This document shows positions 20,791-30,082 of a stretch of DNA of 49,410 bases, one piece after another. Below the pieces are notes generated by a model. It had not been told where the DNA came from, searched no databases, and saw only the letters and a program-made list of their open reading frames with translations. Source of the DNA: an uncultured Paludibacter sp. GTDB taxonomy: Bacteria; Bacteroidota; Bacteroidia; Bacteroidales; Paludibacteraceae. Every line of letters starts with the position of its first letter. Position 1 is the first letter of the stretch. The stretch spans positions 1-49,410 of the forward strand of contig CAYVWK010000002.1 in NCBI GenBank assembly GCA_964455235.1, given 5' to 3'. Made by a program: the position numbers and the translations under genes.

Positions 20791-22530
20791 ATGCGTGTGA
20801 AAACAAATTATTTACTCAGTTTTATTGTAGCCAGCATACTCAGTGTGTTTTTGGCTAATGGGCAACGTACCACGTTCTTTATGGAGAATATGGGGACAGA
20901 CGTAGCAGGTGATCCAAAACCATCAGCATGGACTGGATGGGAAAATCCTGGACTTACTATTACTGATGATGGAAATCTTGATGTTAGAAAGACACAGGTC
21001 AGTGCAGCTATGAATGCACCATACTACCGTGAAGCTTCTGGTGCAAATAATATCTTCTTTAACTCATCAAATCCTACAGATTGCTGGGTAGCGATGGAAG
21101 GGATTGATGCTTCAGGGTTTGAAGATGTAGAGCTAACCTTTGGGTATTATAAAGCTCATGCTTCAACTAAAAGTGTTTTACAAGTGTATTATTGGGAAAA
21201 TGATGATTGGGTGGAAATTCCTTATGCTTTCTTTGAAGGCAAAGATGAGGTCTTAGGGTGGTATAGAAGCCCAGCATTAGCTATTCCAGCTAGTGTAGAT
21301 TTAAGCAATTTGAAATTGAAATTTTTGAAACCTGCAACTTTCATTAGAAGTATTCGTTTAGATGATGTTAGATTGACAGGTATTCCTAAGAAATCCATTG
21401 CTCCTATTGCTTCTGATGCAGCGAATATAAATACAACAACCTTTACGGCCGAATGGAATGCAGTTGATGATGCAACTGGTTATCTGTTGGATGTATCAGA
21501 ATCTCCATTATTTACAAATGCTGTGGAAGCAGATGTTTTAGCAGCTTGGACATTTCCAATTCCATATGTAATAGGAGATATAGCAGTTCCAAATATCTTC
21601 TCTACAAATAATGAAGGTAAAGAACTAACTTGTAATGCCACAGGAAATGGAGAGTACGATGAGGAAGGAAATCTTATTAAAGGAGATCCGATACCTTATG
21701 GTGTTGGCTCTGGAACGGAAATTAATCCCTATGCTTATTCTGCAACAGGTTGGGAAGATGGCGTTTATCTTAAGTATTTCCAAATTGAAATTGATGCAAC
21801 AGGATATGCTGATTTAACATTATCATCATGGCATTATTCTTCTGCAAATGGACCAAAAACTATGGAGGTTCAATATCGCTTTAGCACAGATGCTGACTGG
21901 ATAACAGTACCTAATAGTCAATTAACTATGCCACAAGCTGGATATAATGCTGATAGTAAATTAACAGATCTACCTCTTCCTTCTGCCTGTGATAATCAAA
22001 CTCAATTATTCATTCGTTGGGTAGTTGATGGTAACTTACGTACAGAGGTAAAAACTGCTTGGGTTGTCACAATTGGTGGAACAAGCCGTGTGACTAATAT
22101 CTATGTAAAAGGTAAAGAAATTAATACTCTCCCAGGCTATAGCAGCAAACTCGTAACTGCTACTTCTGAAGAACTTACCGATTTGATACAAGACCAAACT
22201 TACTACTACCGCGTACGTGCTACTGATGGAACGTACGTTTCAAATGTTTCTGAAGTGAAATCAGCTACTCCAGGTGTGCAAGTAGGTGTTGAAAAACCTG
22301 TAAGCTCAACAGTTAAGGTGTATTTCAATACTTTGACAAACGGATTTGAAGTGAAAGGTCTGAAAGAAGCTGCTGTAGTGAAAGTGCATGATGTAAATGG
22401 TCGCTTATTGATAAGCCAAACTGTTTCTGCTTCTCAAAATACCATCGCTGGATCTAATTTATCAGCAGGTGTGTATATCATTAACTTAATGGTTGATGGC
22501 CAACCTTTCAACTTTAAATGTATTAAATAA
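20791..22530 (+). CDS. T9SS cargo protein with interrupted FN3 domain (paralog 2)
   Basis: Colinear with 17509..19257; TFTAEW..YLLDVS, TYYYRVRATDG, CTD DVNGR..GVYII..FKCIK. Confidence 0.8.
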   Translation: MRVKTNYLLSFIVASILSVFLANGQRTTFFMENMGTDVAGDPKPSAWTGWENPGLTITDDGNLDVRKTQVSAAMNAPYYREASGANNIFFNSSNPTDCWVAMEGIDASGFEDVELTFGYYKAHASTKSVLQVYYWENDDWVEIPYAFFEGKDEVLGWYRSPALAIPASVDLSNLKLKFLKPATFIRSIRLDDVRLTGIPKKSIAPIASDAANINTTTFTAEWNAVDDATGYLLDVSESPLFTNAVEADVLAAWTFPIPYVIGDIAVPNIFSTNNEGKELTCNATGNGEYDEEGNLIKGDPIPYGVGSGTEINPYAYSATGWEDGVYLKYFQIEIDATGYADLTLSSWHYSSANGPKTMEVQYRFSTDADWITVPNSQLTMPQAGYNADSKLTDLPLPSACDNQTQLFIRWVVDGNLRTEVKTAWVVTIGGTSRVTNIYVKGKEINTLPGYSSKLVTATSEELTDLIQDQTYYYRVRATDGTYVSNVSEVKSATPGVQVGVEKPVSSTVKVYFNTLTNGFEVKGLKEAAVVKVHDVNGRLLISQTVSASQNTIAGSNLSAGVYIINLMVDGQPFNFKCIK

Positions 22531-22543
22531 TTAATTTTTCAAG

Positions 22544-24265
22544 ATGTATCAATTCAGTAATCATTCTTTCAGGAAATTCCAATATTTAGTTGGTACAAGC
22601 ATATTAACATCTGGTTTAATCTCTCCTTCGGTGCAAGCTGCCGAGGGAGATAAACCAAACGTAATCATCATTTTAGTGGACGATTTAGGGTTCTCAGGCA
22701 TAGGCAGCTATGGCGGTCTAATCGAAACTCCTCATATCGATCAACTTGCTGAGGATGGTGTGCGTTTTAATCAGTTTTTTACCACCAGTCGCAGCTGCCC
22801 TTCGCGTGCTAGCCTGATGACTGGTCTATATCCTACCGAAGTGGGCGTAGGGCATATGGTCTTCCGACCGAACCCTGCCAAAAACGAAATGGTGCCCGAA
22901 GATAGGATGTATATCCCTGCTGAATATAGGGGATGGTTGATTGATAAAGAAGATGTTCATACGCTTCCTGAAATGATGCAAACTGCGGGCTATAGCACCT
23001 ATATTTCGGGCAAATGGCATCTCCATTCTACCGATACGATGACTTGGCCCCTGCAACGTGGGTTCGATAAGTACTATGGGGTGCTGCCTGGCACTACCAA
23101 CTACTTCAAACCAGCTGAATTGTACAGAGGAAATACGCATATCCAAGCTTCGGGAGAAAGGTATTATACAACCGATGCCTTCACTTCCGAAGCCATTGGA
23201 TTCCTTCAAGAACATCAAGCACAAAAAGCTGATGATCCGTTTTTCTTATATTTAGCCTATAATGCACCGCATTTCCCCATCCAAGCTATGCCCGAAGATT
23301 TTGCCAAATATAGAGGGCGCTTTATGGAAGGTTGGGATGTGTTGCGCCAAAGAGTCTATGAACGACAACTCGAGCTAGGTGTGATTCCTGCTGATACGAA
23401 ACTTACACCGCCAGCAGGTGTTTCTACGCGACTTGGTTCGCAGGGCGATAGCATCCCTTCTTGGGAGAGTTTAACGCCTAAACAAAAAGATCGCATGGAT
23501 GCTATCATGGCTTCTTATGCTGGTATGGTGGATAGAGTTGACCAAAATGTTGGGAAGCTGATTGCCTATCTGAAAGAAACAAATCAGTTTGATAATACCC
23601 TCATTTTCTTCTTTTCTGATAATGGTGGCGAAGCGGAAAGTAATCCGTTGGGTTCCGCTATCGTCTTTGAAGAATTAGGCGTATATGGCGGCGGATCTGA
23701 AAAGCATGCGCACTACGGAAAAGCTTGGGCTAATTTTGTGAACACGCCTTTCCGCGAATTTAAACACTTCGCTCATCAAGGGGGTATCCAGTCTCCATTG
23801 ATTGTGCATTGGCCTCAAGGTGTTAAAAAAGGCATGGAAAACTCCATTTTGCCGCAATATGCTTTTCTACAAGATATTACCCTTACCTGTTTGGATGTTG
23901 CGGGTGTGAAATGGCCTTCAAAAATTGGAGATAATAACTATCCTATCACCGATGGCAGAAGTATTACTCCTACCCTTAAAGGCAAGAAAAAAGCTATCCA
24001 CAATACACCTATTTTCTATGAACATGAAGGGAATCGGGTGGTGCGACTTGGTAAATGGAAGTTAGTGGGTTTCTACGATGAACCTTGGGAGCTTTACGAT
24101 ATGGATAAAGACCGTAGTGAAATGAATAATGTGGCGGATAAAAATCCAAAGGTGGTCAAACAACTTAGCAAAGCCTACGACGCATGGATGGTACGTGCAG
24201 GCGTGTTGCCTTGGTCGCAAGCGAAAGAATATAGCGTGTATCCAAAAGGGAGATATAATTTATAA
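22544..24265 (+). CDS. Ser-type arylsulfatase-family protein (S1 sulfatase), exported
   Basis: KPNVIIILVDDLG, SCPSRASLMTG (S-x-P-x-R), GKWHL, APHFP, SDNG. Confidence 0.88.
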   Translation: MYQFSNHSFRKFQYLVGTSILTSGLISPSVQAAEGDKPNVIIILVDDLGFSGIGSYGGLIETPHIDQLAEDGVRFNQFFTTSRSCPSRASLMTGLYPTEVGVGHMVFRPNPAKNEMVPEDRMYIPAEYRGWLIDKEDVHTLPEMMQTAGYSTYISGKWHLHSTDTMTWPLQRGFDKYYGVLPGTTNYFKPAELYRGNTHIQASGERYYTTDAFTSEAIGFLQEHQAQKADDPFFLYLAYNAPHFPIQAMPEDFAKYRGRFMEGWDVLRQRVYERQLELGVIPADTKLTPPAGVSTRLGSQGDSIPSWESLTPKQKDRMDAIMASYAGMVDRVDQNVGKLIAYLKETNQFDNTLIFFFSDNGGEAESNPLGSAIVFEELGVYGGGSEKHAHYGKAWANFVNTPFREFKHFAHQGGIQSPLIVHWPQGVKKGMENSILPQYAFLQDITLTCLDVAGVKWPSKIGDNNYPITDGRSITPTLKGKKKAIHNTPIFYEHEGNRVVRLGKWKLVGFYDEPWELYDMDKDRSEMNNVADKNPKVVKQLSKAYDAWMVRAGVLPWSQAKEYSVYPKGRYNL

Positions 24266-24278
24266 GGGACAATGAATA

Positions 24279-27200
24279 ATGAAAAGTGCAAAATTGAGAA
24301 TACAAAGTAATATAAAGTTAGTGTTTTTGTTAGCACTAGTTTTTAGTCTGATGGCAGTTCCGCTTAAGGCCGTTAATTTCACCATTACGGGTAAAGTTGC
24401 AACTGCTGCTAATGTAGGTATTCCTGATGTAGTTGTCAGCGACGGTTTGACCGTTACTAAAACCAATAGCAGTGGACAATATACTCTCAGTAGTAATGAT
24501 TTAGCAAAATTCGTTTTCGTGTCTGTTCCTGCTGATTGTAAAATTCCACATAGTGGAAATATCCCTAATTTCTATAAGGATATCAAGGGAACAAAAAGCA
24601 ATATCACGGTCAATTTTACCCTAGAAAAGCAAGCCAAAGATGATTATTTTGTACTGCAAAGTATGGCTGACCCACAGCCACAAACTGCTGCTGACCTCAA
24701 ACGTTTTGTAAATGAGGCTGTACCTGATTTTGAACAACTGAAACAATATTATCCCGCTAATACTACTTTTGTAGGGATGACAGCAGGCGATAATGTGTGG
24801 GATATGCCAAGTTTTTATCCTACCTACAAAACGGCTCTCGGACAGTTGTCTTTCCCTTATTTTCAGGTGATTGGTAACCACGACCACGATGAAAAGGTGA
24901 AAAATAATGATTATCTGGCTGCTCGCAATTTTGAAGATCATTTTGGTCCTACTTATTATTCTTTCAATAGAGGTGATTGTCATTTTATTACTTTAGATAA
25001 TATTATGTACAGAACACGTACTGATTATGATGAAACCATCACTCAAGAGCAATTGGATTGGCTTCAACAAGATTTATCGCATGTATCTAAAGATAAGATG
25101 ATTGTGATAGGTATGCACTGCCCAGCTTATAGCTCGGCTACTAAACCGAAAGCAACCAATGCTCCTGCACTTATTGCTCTGTTGAACGGGTATAAAGCGA
25201 TTATCATTTCTGGACATACCCACAAAATGAATTATGTCAAAATCAATAGTAATATTACTGAATACACCTTAGCGCCTACTATGGGCTATGCATGGGCTGG
25301 AGATATTCATACTAATGGTTGTCCAATGGGTTATGGGGTGTTCGAGTTTCAAGGTAATCAGTTGGTGAATCATTATTATATGTCCACCAAACGCCACCCT
25401 GATTATCAAATGCGTTTGTATCAGCCAGGAGCTATCTCAAGCTATCCCAATAGCATGGTTGCCCATGTGTGGAACTATAAAACGGGCTGGACGGTTCGTG
25501 TGTGGGAAGATGATGTTGCAAAAGGAACCATGACGAAAGTAACTGCTACCGATCCCTTTGCTTATGATTATTTTATTGGAAGTGATAAGCCTGTTAGAAG
25601 AACAGACCTCGAACCTACAACTACACCTACTATCTTTTTGTATTCTCCTAAGGATAAAACTGCTGAAATCAGGGTAGAAGTTACGGATGAGTTTGGCAAT
25701 GTATATACTGAATACCTCAATAAAAGGTCGGAATCGGCTGCTTATCGTCAGGTGTTCTTTACTGAAACTGGTGGTGAAGGTGGTGGCGGTGGTGCGAATC
25801 TGCTAACATGGACGGGCTGGCATAATGAAGGTCTGGCCTATGATGCGGGTGATTGTCCGCAACTCCCTGACTTACGCGATACCTATCCAAGCTCCGACCC
25901 TGCTAGAAGTCAGTGTACCGATAAAGCTTCAGGTGCTAACAATATCTATTTTAAAGCTGAAACTCCTACGGGTGAAATGCGTGGTTTTGCTATCCATGGC
26001 ATAGATGCATCAAAATATAAAAACATCGAACTGTCGTTTACCTACAACAAACAATCAGCAGGTAAAAGAGGTGAAATGGATGTTTATTTCTGGAATGGCA
26101 TCAAATGGGAGCAAATATGGTCGCAACTAATAGAAGAGGAAGAAGCTGCTGGCTGGTATCAAAGTCCTGCCTTTAAACTTCCTGCTTCTGCTGAAGTGAA
26201 TGACCTAAAGTTGCGGTTTGTTAAACCTCCTACCACCAATGGTAGTATTCGTATGGATGATATTTGGCTGACTGGTGAACCTAAAGTTTCGCATGCTCCG
26301 AATGTGCAGACCGCTTCGAATGTCAAAGAAAACGCCTTTGATATTACGTGGGATGCTTATGGTGATGTAAATCAATATATCGTAGATGTTTCTGAGTATG
26401 AAAGTTTTTCTGCTGATGAAGAATCTACTGTTTTGGCGGCTTGGACTTTCCCAACAGCTTATTCAGCAAGCAATAATACACCTGATATGTATAGTCCGAA
26501 TAATCAATCAAAAACTATTACTGCTACAACAACAGGTAATGAAGCAAACCCAAGTTTATATTCAGCAGGGTCTGAAACTAATGCTGAGAATCCTTTAGCT
26601 GTATCTTCAACTGGTTGGAATCAAGGTGTATATAAAAAGTATTTCCAAATTGATGTGGATACGCGTGGTTTCTATGGTTTGACCCTATCATCATGGCATT
26701 ATTCTTCTGCAAATGGACCAAAAGATATGAAAGTACAATATCGCATAGCTCCTACTGCTGAATGGATAGATGTGCCTCTAAGTGATTTAATCATGCCTCA
26801 AGCAGCGTACGGAACATCCAGCAAATTGGAAGATTTGCCTTTGCCTTCCGCTTGCGATAATCAAGAAAAATTGGCTATCAGATGGATTATGACAAGTTCA
26901 TTACTCACCTCTGGCCAATCAGCATATATCGTAACCAGTGGTGGTACAAGCCGTATTGCGAATATTTATGTGAAAGGAAAAGCTGGTCATGTCGTGAGTG
27001 GTTATGAGTCATTGCTCGTTAGCGACACGCAGCAAACCATCAGCGGATTGAAAGCCGAAACGGATTATTACTATCGTGTAAGAGCTACGGATGGGACGAA
27101 TGTTTCTGTTGCTTCTGATGTCAAAACTGCACAAACAGATGTGCATACCGAATCATATGTGAAAACCTATACAGATGATGATGTGCTTGCATATTTTAAT

Positions 27201-27413
27201 CAGCAGAGCAATGAGTTTGTAGTGCGTCTGGTTCATTTGAAAACTCCAGTAGCGACATCAGTTAAACTGCTTGATATGAATGGACGAGCCCTATTGAATA
27301 GAAGTATGCCAGATTCAGAATTGCATATAGATGCATCACAATTACCTACAGGAACTTATATTTTAAGTCTTAATATTGATGGATTTATCTTACATAAAAA
27401 ATGCATCAAATAA
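24279..27413 (+). CDS. Fusion: metallophosphoesterase + interrupted-FN3 module + T9SS CTD
   Basis: aa ~30-480 parallel 19316..20743 (DPQ, GDN, GNHD, GHTH); aa ~490-1044 parallel the two T9SS proteins; ends KKCIK. Confidence 0.88.
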   Translation: MKSAKLRIQSNIKLVFLLALVFSLMAVPLKAVNFTITGKVATAANVGIPDVVVSDGLTVTKTNSSGQYTLSSNDLAKFVFVSVPADCKIPHSGNIPNFYKDIKGTKSNITVNFTLEKQAKDDYFVLQSMADPQPQTAADLKRFVNEAVPDFEQLKQYYPANTTFVGMTAGDNVWDMPSFYPTYKTALGQLSFPYFQVIGNHDHDEKVKNNDYLAARNFEDHFGPTYYSFNRGDCHFITLDNIMYRTRTDYDETITQEQLDWLQQDLSHVSKDKMIVIGMHCPAYSSATKPKATNAPALIALLNGYKAIIISGHTHKMNYVKINSNITEYTLAPTMGYAWAGDIHTNGCPMGYGVFEFQGNQLVNHYYMSTKRHPDYQMRLYQPGAISSYPNSMVAHVWNYKTGWTVRVWEDDVAKGTMTKVTATDPFAYDYFIGSDKPVRRTDLEPTTTPTIFLYSPKDKTAEIRVEVTDEFGNVYTEYLNKRSESAAYRQVFFTETGGEGGGGGANLLTWTGWHNEGLAYDAGDCPQLPDLRDTYPSSDPARSQCTDKASGANNIYFKAETPTGEMRGFAIHGIDASKYKNIELSFTYNKQSAGKRGEMDVYFWNGIKWEQIWSQLIEEEEAAGWYQSPAFKLPASAEVNDLKLRFVKPPTTNGSIRMDDIWLTGEPKVSHAPNVQTASNVKENAFDITWDAYGDVNQYIVDVSEYESFSADEESTVLAAWTFPTAYSASNNTPDMYSPNNQSKTITATTTGNEANPSLYSAGSETNAENPLAVSSTGWNQGVYKKYFQIDVDTRGFYGLTLSSWHYSSANGPKDMKVQYRIAPTAEWIDVPLSDLIMPQAAYGTSSKLEDLPLPSACDNQEKLAIRWIMTSSLLTSGQSAYIVTSGGTSRIANIYVKGKAGHVVSGYESLLVSDTQQTISGLKAETDYYYRVRATDGTNVSVASDVKTAQTDVHTESYVKTYTDDDVLAYFNQQSNEFVVRLVHLKTPVATSVKLLDMNGRALLNRSMPDSELHIDASQLPTGTYILSLNIDGFILHKKCIK

Positions 27414-27462
27414 TAAACACGACAAGTCAAGATTATACATTAACTCTCAAAACAAAAACATC

Positions 27463-28323
27463 ATGAATAAAAAATTTCAACGAATTGCCCTTTTATTGGT
27501 AATAATTTCATATTTTTACACTCCAACAGCGGTAATGGCTTCTCATGAGGTAGAAATGTGTTCAGCCAAAAAAGAAAGGAAGAAATCAAAAGGACAGAAA
27601 AAATCTAAGATATTGGTTGTTGCTCATCGCGGAGCTTCAGCTTATGCAGCAGAGAATAGTTTGGAAGCATTCAAACTTGGCTTTGAAATGAATTCAGATG
27701 CGATCGAATTGGATATTTGGACTACCACAGATGATTCTTTGGTTGTGATGCACGATAGAACTACAGGTCGAACAGCTGATAAAAACTTAGCAGTACCTGA
27801 ATCTACTGCAGAGCAACTTCGTTTGGTTAGCTTGAAAAATGGTGAACCAGTGCCTTATGTTTATGAAGCACTTGAACTTGTGCCAAAGGACAAGAAGATA
27901 GTGATTGAAATCAAAAACTACAAAGAAAAAGGCTCTGTTGGTACTGTTTTTCCGATGTTGAGTGATTTGTTGAAACGTACGGGCAAGGTAGAAAATGCGA
28001 TCATCATCTCTTTTGGAAAAAGACCTTTGATAGAAGCGAAAAAACATCTTCCTGACACAAAATGTTATTATCTTTCATCTAAGAAAGATATTGAAGATGA
28101 ATTAATTGAATTATGTTTGAAACATCAATTTGACGGCTTAAATGTAAGTCATAAAATCATCACAGAAAGCTTATATGAAAAAACTCAAAAAGCAGGTTTA
28201 GAGCTATTAACTTGGACGGTTGATGAGGAGGAAGTGATTGAACGAGTGATGGATAAAGTATCAGTGATCACAACCAACAAACCCGATACGACAAGAGAGA
28301 CATTAAATAAGCATAACAAGTGA
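27463..28323 (+). CDS. Glycerophosphodiester phosphodiesterase (GDPD/GlpQ family), exported (start reassigned to 27463)
   Basis: Signal peptide MNKKFQR..VMA; VAHRGAS, ENSLEAF, IELDI, VVMHD, IEIK, TWTVD, ITTNKP. Confidence 0.9.
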   Translation: MNKKFQRIALLLVIISYFYTPTAVMASHEVEMCSAKKERKKSKGQKKSKILVVAHRGASAYAAENSLEAFKLGFEMNSDAIELDIWTTTDDSLVVMHDRTTGRTADKNLAVPESTAEQLRLVSLKNGEPVPYVYEALELVPKDKKIVIEIKNYKEKGSVGTVFPMLSDLLKRTGKVENAIIISFGKRPLIEAKKHLPDTKCYYLSSKKDIEDELIELCLKHQFDGLNVSHKIITESLYEKTQKAGLELLTWTVDEEEVIERVMDKVSVITTNKPDTTRETLNKHNK

Positions 28324-28368
28324 TGATTGTATCTTGAGATAGATTATAAACCATCAGTTTAAATAAAA

Positions 28369-29949
28369 ATGCGGCGATATCAACTTATAAGACAAATTGA
28401 AAACCCTGAAATAGAGTGGGACATGATAGTTATTGGTGGTGGTGCAACTGGTCTTGGGGTTACTCTCGATGGTGCATTGCGCGGCTATAAAGTAGCTATG
28501 TTTGAACAACACGACTTTGCAAAAAGTACTTCTAGTAGAAGTATCAAACTATTGCATAGTGGCGTTCGTTTCCTGAAAAGAGGGGATTTAGCACTTGTTA
28601 GAGAGGCTTCTCTTGAAAGAGGCCGATTGCGTCGTAATGCACCTCACTTGGTGCGTAAGGTTTCCTTCGTTATTCCGAATTACTCGCGTACAGAAGTGTT
28701 TTTCCATACCATGGCTCAGTGGGTATACGACCTGCTGTCTTGGGGGAAATTAAGCTTGGGCAATTCTACGCCTATCTCAACACGCATGACGCAAAAGTAC
28801 CTGCCTACCATCAAGCAAGATGGATTGCGCGGTGGGGTTGTTTACCAAGATGCGCAGTTTGACGATGCTCGCTTGGCTATCAATATTGCACAATCATGCC
28901 TTGAGCAAGGAGCAACGCCTATCAACTATATGCGTGTTATCAAGATACTTCATGATAAAAAGAAAAAAGTATCTGGTGTGGTAGTGAAGGATATGGAATC
29001 TGATAAAGAATATCAAATAAAATCCAAATGCATCATCAATGCGACGGGTATTTCTGTAGATGAAATTTTGAAGATGGATAATCCAGAGCAACCTAAAACC
29101 GTGAAACCTCGTCAGGGTGTACATATCGTTTTGGATGAGAAATTCTTGCAAACAAAACATGCTATGATGATTCCTTCTGCTTCCGATGATAGGGTGCTGT
29201 TTGCTGTGCCATGGTACGGAAAAATCATTGTGGGTACTTCAGGGGTGGTGCGGGATTACTATTCTACTAACCCATCTGTTTTGGATAAAGATGTGGATTT
29301 TATACTCGAAACTTTCGGGAAATATGTTACGCATAAACCTGAACGCAAAGACATCCTGTCCATTTTTATCGGACAGCGACCTGTGGCTGCCAATATTAAA
29401 GAGGGTGAAAAACCACGTGAAATCTCTAGAAATCACCGAATAAGAGTCTCTAAAAATAATCTTATCACTATTACTGGGGGGCGTTGGACTACCTATCGCC
29501 GTATGGCTGAAGATACAGTAGATAGAGCTATCAGAATGGGTTTATTGCCGAAGAAGGTGTGTAAATCGCGTATGTTCAAACTGCACGGATATAAGTTGAA
29601 TCCCAATGTGAAAAGTCACCTACATGTGTACGGTTCGGATATGCCTTATCTGAAAAAAATGATAGACAACGAATCCATGATGGCTGCTTTTTTACATGCT
29701 GACTATAAATTTACAGTGGCTGAAGTCCTGTGGGCTATCCGCAAAGAAATGGCTCGTACGGTAGAAGATGTGTTGGCTCGTCGGGTGCGCCTGCTGATTA
29801 TGGATGCCAAAGCCGCCATAGAAACAGCTCCAGTGGTAGCTCAAATTATGGCAGATGAATTTGGCTATAAACAGGCTTGGATTGACCAACAAGTTGAGAG
29901 TTTTACTGCCTATGCTCAAAAGTATCTACTTGAAAATAAGGAAGAATAA
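28369..29949 (+). CDS. Second GlpD-family FAD oxidoreductase with altered active-site motifs
   Basis: IGGGATGLG, TSSRSIKLLHSGVRFL, QFDDARL, GTSG, IGQRP, TGGRWTTYR. Confidence 0.85.
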   Translation: MRRYQLIRQIENPEIEWDMIVIGGGATGLGVTLDGALRGYKVAMFEQHDFAKSTSSRSIKLLHSGVRFLKRGDLALVREASLERGRLRRNAPHLVRKVSFVIPNYSRTEVFFHTMAQWVYDLLSWGKLSLGNSTPISTRMTQKYLPTIKQDGLRGGVVYQDAQFDDARLAINIAQSCLEQGATPINYMRVIKILHDKKKKVSGVVVKDMESDKEYQIKSKCIINATGISVDEILKMDNPEQPKTVKPRQGVHIVLDEKFLQTKHAMMIPSASDDRVLFAVPWYGKIIVGTSGVVRDYYSTNPSVLDKDVDFILETFGKYVTHKPERKDILSIFIGQRPVAANIKEGEKPREISRNHRIRVSKNNLITITGGRWTTYRRMAEDTVDRAIRMGLLPKKVCKSRMFKLHGYKLNPNVKSHLHVYGSDMPYLKKMIDNESMMAAFLHADYKFTVAEVLWAIRKEMARTVEDVLARRVRLLIMDAKAAIETAPVVAQIMADEFGYKQAWIDQQVESFTAYAQKYLLENKEE

Positions 29950-30010
29950 AAACTAAAAACCCTAATGAAATATAAATTTTAGACTTTAATTCTATTGAAT
30001 TTGTACCTTT

Positions 30011-30045
30011 ACGGGATGATTTAAAAATTCATCCCGTTTTTTTTT
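30011..30045 (+). terminator. Intrinsic terminator
   Basis: ACGGGATGA...TCATCCCGT stem followed by a run of T. Confidence 0.8.
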
Positions 30046-30082
30046 GGTGGAAGTGTCTTATTCTTTTTTAAATTCAATAATC

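Noticed and set aside
17509-27413. Diversity-generating retroelement or invertase shufflon behind the repeated tracts
   Set aside because: No reverse transcriptase or recombinase in the window; repeats are short, direct, in-frame and show no adenine-specific mismatch pattern
27376-27462. Longer GDPD start overlapping the fusion gene
   Set aside because: Signal peptide begins at 27463
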